Of a stretch of DNA of 64,000 nucleotides, positions 10,745 to 22,562 are shown one piece after another; positions within the stretch are counted from its first letter, which is position 1; every line of letters begins with the position of its first letter. The position numbers and the translations under genes were made by a program. Source of the stretch: Eledone cirrhosa (Eukaryota); NCBI GenBank assembly GCA_964016885.1, contig OZ024757.1:7316001-7380000 (forward strand), written 5' to 3'. The notes under the pieces were generated by a model. It was not told the DNA's origin, searched no databases, and saw only the letters and a list, made by a program, of their open reading frames with translations.

Positions 10745-13700
10745 AGGGTGGGACAGGTCCTATTCAGCACAGCATCTCTCCACTTGTCATCTCCTCGGTG
10801 AGTTTTAGCGATCTGAGGTCTTCTCTCACCACCTCCGCCCATGTTTTACGTGGTCTACCTCTTCTGCGTCTTCCTACTACTGGAATTATTTGGCACTTCT
10901 TTACCCAGTGGTCACATGTCCATACCATCTCAGTCTTCTCTCCTGCACACCACAACTTATCCCTCTAATACCCAGTTTCTTTCTCAACTCGTCTATGCTT
11001 GGTCGTTCACACACATTGACATTGCACATCCAATGGAGCATGCTTGCTTCTCTCCAGCCGTCACATATCCTTTGCAGTTGCTGCCCATGTCTTACTATCA
11101 TGCAGCATCGCACATCGGCATCATATAACCATCCTTTCGTATGCAGAGACAAACCCTTCTTTGTCAACAGAGAAAGCAGCTCCCTAAACTTCTTCCAACT
11201 CATCCTTATTCTAGATACTATGGCCTCGGAACACCCCTCCCATGATAATCTGATCACCTATTTAGCAGTATTAGTTATAGATGTTATCGCCACTTTAGCA
11301 GGGTGGTAGAATCAGTGGTCGTTAGTTGCCAGTGTGGTAAGTGATAGTATCCTCGTTGGATTATCTTGTTGACATAGACGTGAGGGAAGGTCCCTCGATC
11401 TATTTACCATCTATTTACAATATTCCTTTCGGCAGGTCGCCAATTCCAGCAGCATGGATTAAAGATGTCATTGAGACACGAGTAACATAACAACGACTTC
11501 AACCCCAGTAATTAGAGATGAAATGTTTGTTTATTTATATGGTTGAAGTTACAGATAAAAAGAGGTTACAAAAGGGAATGTGCCAATGCGCCATTAAGCC
11601 GACGAGGCTAGGGGTGCAATATCTCACCGCTACATTATGCGTGTTGCTGGCTCGAAGTTTCTGGTACAAGAGCGAGATTCTTCAAATCTTCGCGGTGAAT
11701 TTCTTCCTCAGGGCGCGTAGGGATACATCCTCTTCTACTGGCGCTGATTGGCTGAACTGAGCCAAATCACGCACAGAGAATGTATGTGAGCCCGCGGAAT
11801 GTAGGTCACTACATCACCTCCAACCAGATTTTCAGCCAAAAATCGATAACGAAGAAACCAAGGACCCACATATTATTGAATCAGCAAGAACAAATGCTGA
11901 AAGAGCACATCAGCGAAAAAATAATTGAGCAGAAGGTTGCATGCAAGAACAAAAAATGAGGCGCTACGGGCCGTGTTGAGCCGCTGTGTCAAATGACCAG
12001 TTGTTTTGTTGTTTACACGTGACCGCCAAAGGTCTAACAAAAAAACGGATAAAGTCTGACATGGGCGAAGTTGCTGTTCTTGCATTAAATGTTAATGGTA
12101 AGCGTTGTACCAGTAGCTGTGAACGAAGCTATTATGGTAGTTTACCAGTGCTGGCGAGAAAATGATGGCCCCCAGATGTATTGTCGAATGTGCTGTGGAG
12201 CCAGGAAAAAATGGCTGGTTGCTTTGTAAAGAACAAAAGGCAAGTTTAATCTGTAGGTGGGTTGCAGTGTAAATTCCATAATTCAGGCGAATCCACAGAA
12301 GTGGCCGAAATGCTAACAAGTCCAGTTCAATTTGTTGCTTTCCCAGCGAGTCGGGCAAAAACAACAATACGGATGGCCGTCATGGACGATCAGTGTGCAA
12401 CGAGATGCGAAGCTGTTTGAGTTCAGCTGCAATTAGTATTCTCGTGTTGCGGTGACTGTTTGAATCCAGTGGATTAAGCTCTGTGAGCTGCCAGCATCTC
12501 AACCAGGTGAAAAGGGACTCGCAGAATATTACGTTTGAAGAACATATACCAAGAACAACATGTTGGTGTGTGATAAAAAAAATGTGTGCATATGCAGGCA
12601 TGTAAAACAGCAAAGAATGTGAATAAACAAAAACCATGAGCAAGCAAATAGCAAAAGAGCACAAAACAAGTAAATGCATTCTACAAAGAAATATGTGAAT
12701 GTAACAAACTGATAATTCAAAGTCAATCTAGGGGAGCAGAGAAATTGCTCAATAAGTTCAAAGTTTTTCAAAGTCAAATAGTTCACACATCACCAGTGTA
12801 CAGACACTAGTTCTATCTGAAAACTGAAAAAGAAGTTTGTTAATGCCGTTAGGGGTTAGATGTATGGTGTTTTTGTGAGATTTCGTGGCCATTTTCCCGT
12901 CCCGCCACACGGTTGTGTTGCTTCTTGTTAAAGCAAAGTCAAAGAATCTTCTGTAGAGTAGGAGTCACCAAATATGGCAGTCACGTCTGACGCCATACTG
13001 GTGAGAAAACTACTGTCTCAATTTCTCGCGTCCCTGTGGTAACGAGACAGAAGGTATGGTGGTTGCGTCGGTAAAGTTACAAGCCGTTTTGAAATTTCCG
13101 ATGTGTGGTGGTTGGCGTTGGTAAGGTTATGAAGCTGCCACTCACTGTTCCCTGTATTGTTCAGTGGTTAAACAACGCTGTCGCTGCTGCTGTCATTGTT
13201 GTTGTCAAGCGTAGCCATGAGATGTCGGTAGCCATCTTGAAATTTTTTCGTGGCGAAAAAGTTTTTGAAATACTGCTAATTTTTCAAAAATCTTAAAAGG
13301 AATATTCTGGATTTTCACAAGTTGCGACGTGGCAATAAAAGTTAAACTGAATGAATAAGAAGGGCTGCGTGATATTCTTACGTCGGTCACCACTTTAGCA
13401 GTATTAGTTATAGATGTTATCGCCACTTTAGCAGGGTGGTAGAATCAGTGGTCGTTAGTTGCCAGTGTGGTAAGTGATAGTATCCTCGTTGGATTATCTT
13501 GTTGACATAGACGTGAGGGAAGGTCCCTCGATCTATTTACCATCTATTTACAATATTCCTTTCGGCAGGTCGCCAATTCCAGCAGCATGGATTAAAGATG
13601 TCATTGAGACACGAGTAACATAACAACGACTTCAACCGCAGTAATTAGAGATGAAATGTTTGTTTATTTATATGGTTGAAGTTACAGATAAAAAGAGGTT

Positions 13701-14885
13701 ACAAAAGGGAATGTGCCAATGCGCCGTTAAGCCGGCGAGGCTAGGGGTGCAATATCTCACCGCTACATTATGCGTGTTGCTGGCTCGAAGTTTCTGGTAC
13801 AAGAGCGAGATTCTTCAAATCTTCGCGGTGAATTTCTTCCTCAGGGCGCGTAGGGATACATCCTCTTCTAGTGGCGCTGATTGGCTGAACTGAGCCAAAT
13901 CACGCACAGAGAATGTATGTGAGCCCGCGGAATGTAGGTCACTACACCTAGGTACCGGAAGCTATCAACCACATCTCTAGAACCCACCTGTATTTGAAAA
14001 ATGTGTTTATCACTGCGATTACTACTGCCAACTTTCCCTGTACATCTACTGCATACATAGTTATCCCTACCTGTTTGTTTGCCTGCTATCCCAATATATC
14101 TCTTGTGTACCCAACATCTACATTGCGTACATTTTATGGAATTTATGCCAGTTCCTTTCCCACATATCGAACATGGCCATTTCCACGATGGAATCAGAGT
14201 TTTGTCCTCTTTTCTACTTATCAACACTTTTGTTTAAGCTATGTTCATTCTCAGGCCTCTTGATTCCAACTGCTATTTCCATAGCCAGAATTTATTCTCT
14301 AACCCCTCTACTGATTCACTGATTCTGCTAGAAGAACCAGATCATCAGCATAGAGAAGTTCCCATGGGCATCCAGTCTTAAACTCCTCTGTTATGGCTTT
14401 TAGGCCTATAACGAACAAGAGTGGGCTGAGGACCGAACCTTGACGTACACCTACTTGTATCTGGAATTCCTCACTAAACTCCATTCCTACTCTCACTTTA
14501 CTGACAGCACCCCTGTACATAGCTAGCACTGTCCTCACAAGGCATTCCTCTACACCTAGTTTCCTTAGGGACCACCAGATGACAGATCAGGGTACCCTAT
14601 CAAAGGCCCTCACTAGGTCAACAAAAGATATGTATAGTGACTTATTCTTCTTTAAGAACCTCTCTTGTAGTTGCCTCACTATGAAGAGGGTTTCTGTTGT
14701 ACTTTTACCGAGGCACAAAACCAAACTGCATCTCATCTAAATTGACCCTTTCTCTAATCAGTTGCGCTAATATTCTCTCTGCCACTTTCATAACCTGATC
14801 CATCAGCTTTATGCCCCTCTAATTGCTCCTCTCTAGAGCATCCCCTTTACCTTTGTAGCAATTTATAAGAATACTGCTGTACCTA
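10745..14885 (-). mobile_element. RTE LINE fragment (RT C-terminal half) split by an LTR insertion
   Basis: ORFs 14308-14538 ([12 protein letters not shown]), 13868-14227 (Cys-rich insert, FRYLG) and 10901-11257 ([16 protein letters not shown]) rejoin across CCTA when the LTR element is removed. Confidence 0.85.
11261..13946 (-). mobile_element. non-autonomous LTR retrotransposon (Gypsy-like), 553-bp LTRs
   Basis: Direct repeats 11261-11813 and 13394-13946 differ by about 4 substitutions seen by eye. TSD CCTA (11257-11260 / 13947-13950). Minus-strand LTR starts TG. PBS TGGTGACCGACG (tRNA-Trp-like) at 13392-13381. Purine-rich tract GGTTGGAGGTGA before the 3' LTR. The ~1.58-kb internal region lacks recognisable pol. 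Confidence 0.92.
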
Positions 14886-14936
14886 CATTATATGCTTTCA
14901 TTATACCATTCTACTTAGATTATATATATTGCTTGT

Positions 14937-15393
14937 CATCATCATCATCGTTTAACGTCTACCTTCCACGCTGGCATGGGTCTAGACGGGAATTGTCCCA
15001 CTTGAGGCAAGATTGGTCGGGTGACCGTATCTCACTTCTATAGGACTAGATGGCGGGTTTTCTATGGCTGGATATCCTTCCTAACACCAACCACGTTTAC
15101 AGTGTGGACTGGGAGGTTTTTACCATGTTACCTACACGGCCACATTACAGCGTGGACTGTGTGTTTTTTTGTTGTGACACCTACACGATCTCATTTATTT
15201 AGGACTGGATATTGTGGTGCCAACATAACTTTACAGAGATAGGGTGGTGTTGGTGGGGGTTGGATAGTGGGATGGGGGTGTATATTTGGTTAAGAAGTGC
15301 CTACTGACTGTAGGTTTCGCTTTGTACATAGGCAAGGCGGATCTTCTGTATTACTGAGTAGCGCCAAAGATCTCAGTCCAGTGACATTGTCTT
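14937..15393 (-). mobile_element. RTE 3' end/UTR with (GAT)n tail
   Basis: Same 3' UTR as the copies at 52010-52396 and 52612-53100. Confidence 0.75.
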
Positions 15394-15447
15394 AATGTAT
15401 ATATATATATATATATACACACAATTATATATATATAAATATATATA

Positions 15448-15945
15448 TAAAATACGTAATTTAGAAAGCCACAACAATGCAGAGGGAAATCTCGAGGTAG
15501 GAAGTGAATGATAGATAGGAGAATAGGATAAAGTGAAAATTGAGAGAGACAAAGATGAAAACAAAACAAAGGTAGAAGGGTTACCGTAGTGGAGATTTAA
15601 TCCCAATATTTCAGGCTCACGCCCATCAACGGGGGAAGAGTTCCAAAAGGGGGGGAACAGGCTAGGCGGAGAAAGTTGTGATGTCGTTAAAACATTCCTG
15701 TTTTAACGACATCACAACTTTCTCCGCCTAGCCTGTTCCCCCCCTTTTGGAACTTTTTCCCCGTTGATGGGCGTGAGCCCGAAATATTGGGATTAAATCT
15801 CCACTACGGTAACCCTTCTACCTTTGTTTTGTTTTCATCTTTGTCTCTCTCAATTTTCACTTTATCCTATTCTCCTATCTATCATTCACTTCCTACCTCG
15901 AGATTTCCCTCTGCATTGTTGTGGCTTTCTAAATTACGTATTTTA
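15448..15945. repeat. near-perfect palindrome, 247-bp arms, 4-nt loop (inverted Penelope-type pseudo-LTR)
   Basis: Arms 15448-15694 and 15699-15945 with loop TTCC. The ORF track gives the same peptide (MGLNLHYGN...) on both strands. Each arm has a degenerate hammerhead-like fold. Confidence 0.9.
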
Positions 15946-16180
15946 CACATTTCACAATGCTTCAAGCAAACTTTAACACCCTCTTAAATATATATATATA
16001 TATTGTTATACTTTGGGAGGGTCATGTTGCCAATAAGAAACACACGCACCAGTTGCTTTCACTTCAATTTATTATATATTTATAAATTTATTTATAAATA
16101 TATTTATAAATATATATTTATAAATTTATTTATAAATATATTTATAAATATATTTATAAATATATTTATAAATTTATAAA

Positions 16181-16852
16181 TTGGAAAAAATGGTAAATAA
16201 TGACATAAATGGGACCTGCCCCTTGTATAGGAGCAAATTTTGGAATAGAATGGAAAGAACTAGGAACAAGGCCAATAGAATAAACTCATGGTATGATAGC
16301 AATAAATACCAGAGTGTAATGTTCATCAATACAACCCCTAGAGGCGAACTAGCCTACAAATTTAGAAGGGCCCTAAATAAACATAAACTCAATATTAAGA
16401 TAGTAGAAAGACCAGGTACCTCCGTAAAAACACTTATTAGCAAGACATACCCGTTCCAAAGACCCTCATGCATAGATAAGAAATGTATAACCTGTAAAAT
16501 AAGCCCCCATATTAACTGTAAAACTAGAAATGTAGTGTATAGCATAAGATGTACTGAAGGACAATGTAGAAACAAAAATATAGTGTACATAGGTGAGACA
16601 GCTCGTAGTATAGGGGAACGGATAAATGAACACTGGCGAGACCTTCAAGATAATAAAGAATCATCTGTACTCTACCAACATGCTAAGATAGAACACAAGG
16701 GTAAATTAGAGAACATAGAAATAAAAATAGAATCCACACACAGAAAAGATGCAATGTTTAGGCAAATTACAGAGGCAGTAAGCATAAAAGAATTACAACC
16801 AAAATTAAATAGAAAATATGAGTGGAACAGCATCATCACAACTTACAATTAA
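16181..16852 (+). CDS. Penelope RT C-terminal linker plus GIY-YIG endonuclease (5'-truncated)
   Basis: C..C..C linker, NVVYSIRC, YIGETARSIGERINEH and conserved E..I...PKLN. Confidence 0.85.
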   Translation: MEKMVNNDINGTCPLYRSKFWNRMERTRNKANRINSWYDSNKYQSVMFINTTPRGELAYKFRRALNKHKLNIKIVERPGTSVKTLISKTYPFQRPSCIDKKCITCKISPHINCKTRNVVYSIRCTEGQCRNKNIVYIGETARSIGERINEHWRDLQDNKESSVLYQHAKIEHKGKLENIEIKIESTHRKDAMFRQITEAVSIKELQPKLNRKYEWNSIITTYN

Positions 16853-17048
16853 GGACAAAATGAAAACACACACACACATAGAACAAACAACCAACCAACA
16901 ATAAATAAATAAACAAATAGATAAATGAACACAAACACACACAGACACCCGGATGTGGCGCATGCGCAAACTGGGCACACAACACACAGAAACAAAATAG
17001 CGTAGGACAGAAGAAAGGAAAGGCACAGAAACAAAGAAAGGAATCCCC

Positions 17049-17093
17049 AGTCACTGAAGAGGTCACAGAGTGTGTGACGAAAGGACTATGACT
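17049..17093 (+). ncRNA. minimal type I hammerhead ribozyme
   Basis: Stem I AGTCA/TGACT, core CTGAAGA, stem II GTCAC/GTGAC, GAAA, minimal stem III AG-GA-CT, cleavage triplet CUA (after 17088). It lies in the PLE 3' pLTR. Confidence 0.7.
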
Positions 17094-17399
17094 ATATATA
17101 AACAACTATCTGGTTGTGGAACCAACCAACCAACCAGAAACTTATAAGTTTGTAGATTTGTAAATTTATAAATTTATAAATATATAATAAATTGAAGTGA
17201 AAGCAACTGGTGCGTGTGTTTCTTATTGGCAACATGACCCTCCCAAAGTATAACAATATCGGTTTCAACACACAATTTCAGATAAAGAATCTTGCTAAAC
17301 AAATTCAGAAACGAAATATATATATATATATATGTGTGTGTGTTAAACTGTTTATATACACGCATTATTCAACCTGCCCTTTGTTTTGAGGAAAAAGCC

Positions 17400-18000
17400 T
17401 TTAGTAAGTTGCCATGGTAGTAGCATCCTGAACCTTTTCCATTCCATGTTCACTCAGGCTGCTCTACTTTCAGAACACCCACCTCTACTGATGATATCAT
17501 CACCCAGGTAACAGAAGCTGTCTAGCTCTTCTATGTGACCCTCCAACAGTTTGTTAGGGCTTGTTTCCTGTGAAGGCGTGTGGCTGAGTGGTTAGAGAAT
17601 TGGATTCGCAATCGTGAGGTTGTGAGTTCGATTCACTGACCGGGTGATGCGTTATATCCTTGAGCAAGACATTTTATTTCACATTGCTCCTTCTACCTGG
17701 AGTTGTGACTGACAGATAGTATTAGCAATTGGAAAGACCAATGGAAACATTCTTTCCTCGGTCCAATTTGACGAGAGTCAATCGTTGCTTCCTGTGAATG
17801 TTTGCTGCTTACTGCTCCTGTGCAATGGCCACATGTAAAACCTATATTCTTAGCTAACTTACCTGAGATCCCACTACATCTCTTGTGTACCCATTGTTTG
17901 TATTTTGGACAGAGAATGGAATTTCTACCTACACCTTTCTAGCACACAGAGCAAGGCGATTTTTCTGAGGGGATCAGGGCTCTGTTTTCCCTTCTATTGA
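17400..18000 (-). mobile_element. RTE fragment interrupted by a SINE
   Basis: Degenerate Cys-rich insert and YLG region of the RTE family on both sides of the SINE. Confidence 0.6.
17593..17775 (+). mobile_element. tRNA/CORE SINE
   Basis: A-box TGGCTGAGTGG, B-box GAGTTCGATTC, CORE-like CCTTGAGCAAGACA. The same tail is on the minus-strand copy at ~22190-22372. Confidence 0.8.
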
Positions 18001-18820
18001 TAATTGGCTGGCTAACCCAGATCTAGTCCTCAACAAATGAAACACTAGTGGAGTCGTAGGGGTACTCTAAGTGACATACAGTATTTCTCAGGCATATTTA
18101 AAAACCTGATGGAGCCCATCACCTCTCTCGTCTGAACACAATTGAGATCTGAATCAAACTTCAAGTGAAATCTGATATTGTATGGATTCATATAGACTCA
18201 TAACTCCTGGTCTAAACACAGCTGATTTCTCCCAGAGGAAGATAGAAAAGAAGTAAGAAAAAGATGTAGAGGAACAATTGACTCCTACTAATAAAAAGAT
18301 GGAAGTTAAACTGGTGTTGTCATGTCACCAGCAGAGGAGATAATAGCTATGTTAGAGAGTCCTATCAGAATGAATTTTTCACTAAACTGCCATAGAGCAG
18401 ACTTCTCTAGAGATAGAAGGATAACATTTATAGAACATGCTGGAATACAACTGTTTGCATTGGAGAGAATTACTCTGGACAGGAAAGTTGATATCTACAG
18501 TTTACCAAAATAGAAGTATAAAATTTCCACTGTTAAATCTATCTCTGCTTCTTAAGTATTCTGTATTATCTCATACTGTTTCTATCTTATTTCAGAATAC
18601 CAGATGACATTGGGATAAATTATTATTTTCAATCTCGGATACATCACCTCCATTTATCATCATTTGAAGACTATTAACTGAAATCACAGTTGCGGGAAAT
18701 ATAGAAGATATATTTTTTAGGAATATAATCTAAAAAGTATTACAAGTATATTCTGTTGGAGATAAAATTATTATAGGAAATAAATTGAGTGAAAAGGTTA
18801 AATGCGAAATACAATCGAAA

Positions 18821-20044
18821 ATGTTTAGTATTCCTGGTGAGATGACAAAGGTTGGAGAAGAGAAACCATATCACTGCAATATCTGTGGTAAATCATTCAA
18901 TATACGTAGTACCTTAACTACTCACAAAGTTATACATACAGGAGACAAACCATATCACTGTAATATCTGTGCTAAATCATTCTCTGGGAAAAGTAGCCTA
19001 ACTAGTCACAACCATTTACCTACAGATGAGAAGCCATATCGCTGTGAGATCTGTGGTAAATCATTCACTAAAAGTAGTACCTTAACTACTCACAACCATT
19101 TACATACAGGTGAGAAGCCATATCACTGTGATATCTGTGGTAAAACATTCCCTCGAAGTGATGCATTAACTAAACACTTACGTACCCATACAGGAGACAA
19201 GCCATACCACTGTGACATCTGTGGTAAATATTTCTCTCAAAGTAGTCACTTAACCAGACACAAACATATACATACAGTAGACAAGCCATATCACTGTGAT
19301 ATCTGTGGTAAATCATTCACTGAGAGTAGTTACTTAACTAGCCACAAACGTATACATACAGGAGACAAGCCATACCACTGTGATATCTGTGGTAAATCAT
19401 TCTCTGATTGTAGTACCTTAACTAGACACAAACATACCCATACAGGTGACAAGCCATACCACTGTGATATCTGTGGTAAATCATTCTCTCGAAGTAGTCA
19501 CTTAACTTCCCACAAACGTATACATACAGCAGACAAGCCATATCACTGTGATATCTGTGGTAAATCTTTCTCTGGTAGTGGTATCTTAACTAACCACAAA
19601 CGTATACATACAGGAGACAAGCCATACCACTGTGATATCTGTGGTAAATCATTCTCTCAAAGTAGTAACTTAACGGGCCATATACGTACCCATACAGGAG
19701 ACAAGCCATATAACTGTGATATCTGTGGTAAATCATTCTCTGTAAGTGGTCATTTAAATAGACACAAGCGTATACATACAGGAGACAAGCCATATCAATG
19801 TGATATTTGTGGTAAATCATTCTCTGTAAGTGGTAACTTAACTAGCCACAAACGTATACATACAGGGGTCAAGCCATATCACTGTGATATCTGTGGTAAA
19901 TCATTCTCTCAAAGTAGTACCTTAACTAGCCACAAACGTACCCATACAGGAGACAAGCCATATCACTGTGATATCTGTGGTATATCATTCTCTGGAAAAA
20001 GTAGCCTAACTACTCACAAACTCATACATGCAGAGAAATCTTAA
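18821..20044 (+). CDS. tandem C2H2 zinc-finger protein (14 fingers, finger 2 degenerate H>P)
   Basis: Repeats of [23 protein letters not shown] joined by TGDKP linkers. First ATG at 18821. Splice acceptor TTTCTATCTTATTTCAG ends at 18595 and AATAAA is at ~20893. Confidence 0.92.
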   Translation: MFSIPGEMTKVGEEKPYHCNICGKSFNIRSTLTTHKVIHTGDKPYHCNICAKSFSGKSSLTSHNHLPTDEKPYRCEICGKSFTKSSTLTTHNHLHTGEKPYHCDICGKTFPRSDALTKHLRTHTGDKPYHCDICGKYFSQSSHLTRHKHIHTVDKPYHCDICGKSFTESSYLTSHKRIHTGDKPYHCDICGKSFSDCSTLTRHKHTHTGDKPYHCDICGKSFSRSSHLTSHKRIHTADKPYHCDICGKSFSGSGILTNHKRIHTGDKPYHCDICGKSFSQSSNLTGHIRTHTGDKPYNCDICGKSFSVSGHLNRHKRIHTGDKPYQCDICGKSFSVSGNLTSHKRIHTGVKPYHCDICGKSFSQSSTLTSHKRTHTGDKPYHCDICGISFSGKSSLTTHKLIHAEKS

Positions 20045-20870
20045 TGCATTGACATCAGTGATAAATCCTCTAAAAATTGTGAATTAATGAGAATACAAAT
20101 ATATATCAGTGTAATATCTGTGGTAAATCATTCTCTTTCTATGCTACATTAACTTCACACAAACATATACAGGTGGGAAGCCATATCACTTTGATATGTT
20201 TGGAAAATATATCTTTTAATGGAGCCATTTAACTAAATATATGCATAGATGAGGGAAACCATATCATCATCATCATCATTTTACGTCCGCTTTTCCCTGC
20301 TTGCAAGGGTGGGATGGGTCCTATTCAACACAGTATCACTCCACTTGTCACGGTCCTTTGTCATCTCCACCGTGAGCTTCAGAGGTCTGCCCTTACCACC
20401 TCAGTCCATGTAAATCATTTTCTAATTTTGGTTTCACCAAACACTAACATACAGGAGAGGAACTATATCACTGTGATGTCTGTGGTAAATCCTTCTCTAT
20501 AAGTTGTGGCTTCACTACACACTAACATACAAGAGAGGAACCATATCGCTGTGATGTCTGGTAAATTATTATCTAAATGTTGTGGCTTCCCTACACACTA
20601 ACATACAGGAGAGGAACCATATGCCTGTGATGTCTGTGATAAATCCTTCTCTAAATGTTGTGGCTTCCCTACACACTAACATATACAGGAGAGGAACGAT
20701 ATCACTGTGGTGTCTGTGCTAAATAATTCTCTAAATGTTGTGGCTTCACTACACACTAACACATACAAGAGAGGAACCATATCACTGTGATGTCTGTGAT
20801 AAATAATTCTCTTGTAAAGGTTACTTGATGCAACACAAACACAATCAGACAAGATAAAAACCATGTCACT
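20045..20870 (+). pseudogene. decayed C2H2 finger repeats in the 3' region
   Basis: Out-of-frame CCATATCACTGTGATGTCTGTG(G/A)TAAAT units. Period is ~76-80 bp at 20441, 20519, 20595, 20673 and 20753. Confidence 0.8.
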
Positions 20871-21060
20871 CACCAGTGTTGTTAATATCTTAAATAAAAC
20901 TGTTTTACTAAGAAATTATTCTCCTTTCATTAAGAAGTTGTAACCAAGACTTGTGCTGACTAAACTGTATTGTTCAGAATTGACATACGGTATATATATG
21001 TGAATGTATGTGTTAGAAATTTGTGTCCATGTATATGTTTGTATATAAGTATGTGCATAT

Positions 21061-21400
21061 CATCATCATCATCATCATTTAACGTCCGCTTTTCCCTGCT
21101 TGCAAGGGTGGGACTGAACTGATTCTGGCTTGATTTCTACAGCTGGATGCCCTTCCTAACACCAACCTCATTTACAGAGAGTGCTGGGTGCTTTTTTGCC
21201 GTGGCACCTCCACGACCACTTTGCAGTGGAATGATATGAACCCCAGTCCCTATCATCTCATTTCTACAGCTGAGTAAACTGGAGCAATGTGAAATAAAGT
21301 GTCTTGCTCAAGGAAACAACACATCACACAGTCTGAGAATTGAACTCACAACATTTCGAATACAAGGCCAATGCTCTAACCACTAAGCCATGTGCCTCCA
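21061..21400 (-). mobile_element. tRNA/CORE SINE with RTE-derived tail
   Basis: tRNA head, CORE block, RTE 3'-UTR tail and (GAT)n. Near-identical copies at 42551-42892 (-) and 54472-54815 (+). Confidence 0.85.
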
Positions 21401-21459
21401 CTGTGCATATCTGGATTTGATTTATTTATTATGTATGTGTGTATATGTATGTCATCTTC

Positions 21460-21970
21460 ATCAACATCATCACTGTTTTTATGTCTGTTTTTCTATGCTT
21501 CCTTGGGTTGGACACGTCCTTCTCAACATGGCATCTTTCAACTTGTCGTGTTCCTTTGTCATCTCCTCTGTGAGAGTCAGTCATTTGAAGTCAGTTCACA
21601 CAGCCTCTGTCCAGGTCTTTCTTGGTCTACCTCTACTATGGCTGCCTTCTACTGGGATGTCCTGGCACTTCTTCACCCAGCTGACATTATCCATATGTAT
21701 CACATGTCCGTACCAATCCAGTCTTCTCTCTTACACATCTCTTAAGATCCCTCTTAAACCCAGCTTCTTATTGACATTGTCCAAGCTCTGCCTTTCTCTC
21801 ACACTTAAATGGCACATCCAATGAAGCATGGTTGCTTCATTCCTCTCCAGTCTACACTTTTTCTGCTGTCACAGCCCTTGTTTCACTACCATGCAGCATC
21901 ATATTTTATTGGCAGGTGTTATACAGTCATCCTCCACTGCTAATTAAGTCACAGAAGCTATCAACCACTT
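21460..21970 (-). mobile_element. RTE 3' fragment
   Basis: Minus strand encodes degenerate ..LxWMC..RRLxWYGHV..GRPRKTW. Confidence 0.7.
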
Positions 21971-22189
21971 CAATGTGTGTATAATTACTTGTGTATCTTT
22001 GTGTCTGTATATTTATGTGTATACATCTGCATAGATTTGCAGTATATGATACAGCCGGGAGAACATCTCATATTATCGGGGTCCTTCTAGCAGATCCAGC
22101 AAGTGACACATATATATATATATTATATATATATGTATAATATATATATATACATATATCGTCAGTCGATCGACTTTCGTCAAATTGGG

Positions 22190-22372
22190 CCGAAGAAACA
22201 ATGTTTCCATTGGTCTTTCCAATTGCTAATACTATCTATTGGTCACAACTCCAGGTAGAAGGAGCAACGTGAAATAAAGTGTCTTGCTCAAGGACATAAC
22301 ACATCATCCAGTCCGAGAATTGAACTCACAACCTTTTAATTACAAGCCCAATGCTCTAACCACTAAGCCATA
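22190..22372 (-). mobile_element. tRNA/CORE SINE
   Basis: Reverse complement of the 17593 family. Confidence 0.75.
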
Positions 22373-22390
22373 TATATTATATATATATTA

Positions 22391-22559
22391 CTAGCAGAAT
22401 GGCCAGGAGATCGCTAAATCGCCTAATGCGGTCCCTAGGGCATTGAAAATTTGAAATTTTTCTCCTCAAAACACTCACAGGACTATAAATATTACATGTG
22501 TAAAGTTTGAAGACAATCGGTTGGGTGGTTCTTCAGTTTTAGGCATTCTCTATTTTAGA
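22391..22559 (-). mobile_element. short non-autonomous Helitron
   Basis: Minus strand starts A|TC and ends CTAG|T, consistent with AT insertion and no TSD. The subterminal hairpin is degenerate. Confidence 0.55.
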
Positions 22560-22562
22560 TAT

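Larger units (their letters stand above)
16000..17259 (+). mobile_element. Penelope-like element, 5'-truncated, with inverted terminal pLTR fragment
   Basis: GIY-YIG ORF, and 16000-16090 is the reverse complement of 17168-17259, a typical PLE insertion architecture. Confidence 0.88.

Noticed and set aside
11518-11760. 80-aa ORF duplicated at 13651-13893
   Set aside because: It lies inside the two LTRs on the antisense strand, so LTR identity explains the duplication. No domain is recognisable.
18000-18540. CR1-like EN-RT linker fragment on the minus strand
   Set aside because: Only faint motif resemblance. Too degenerate to support without a search.
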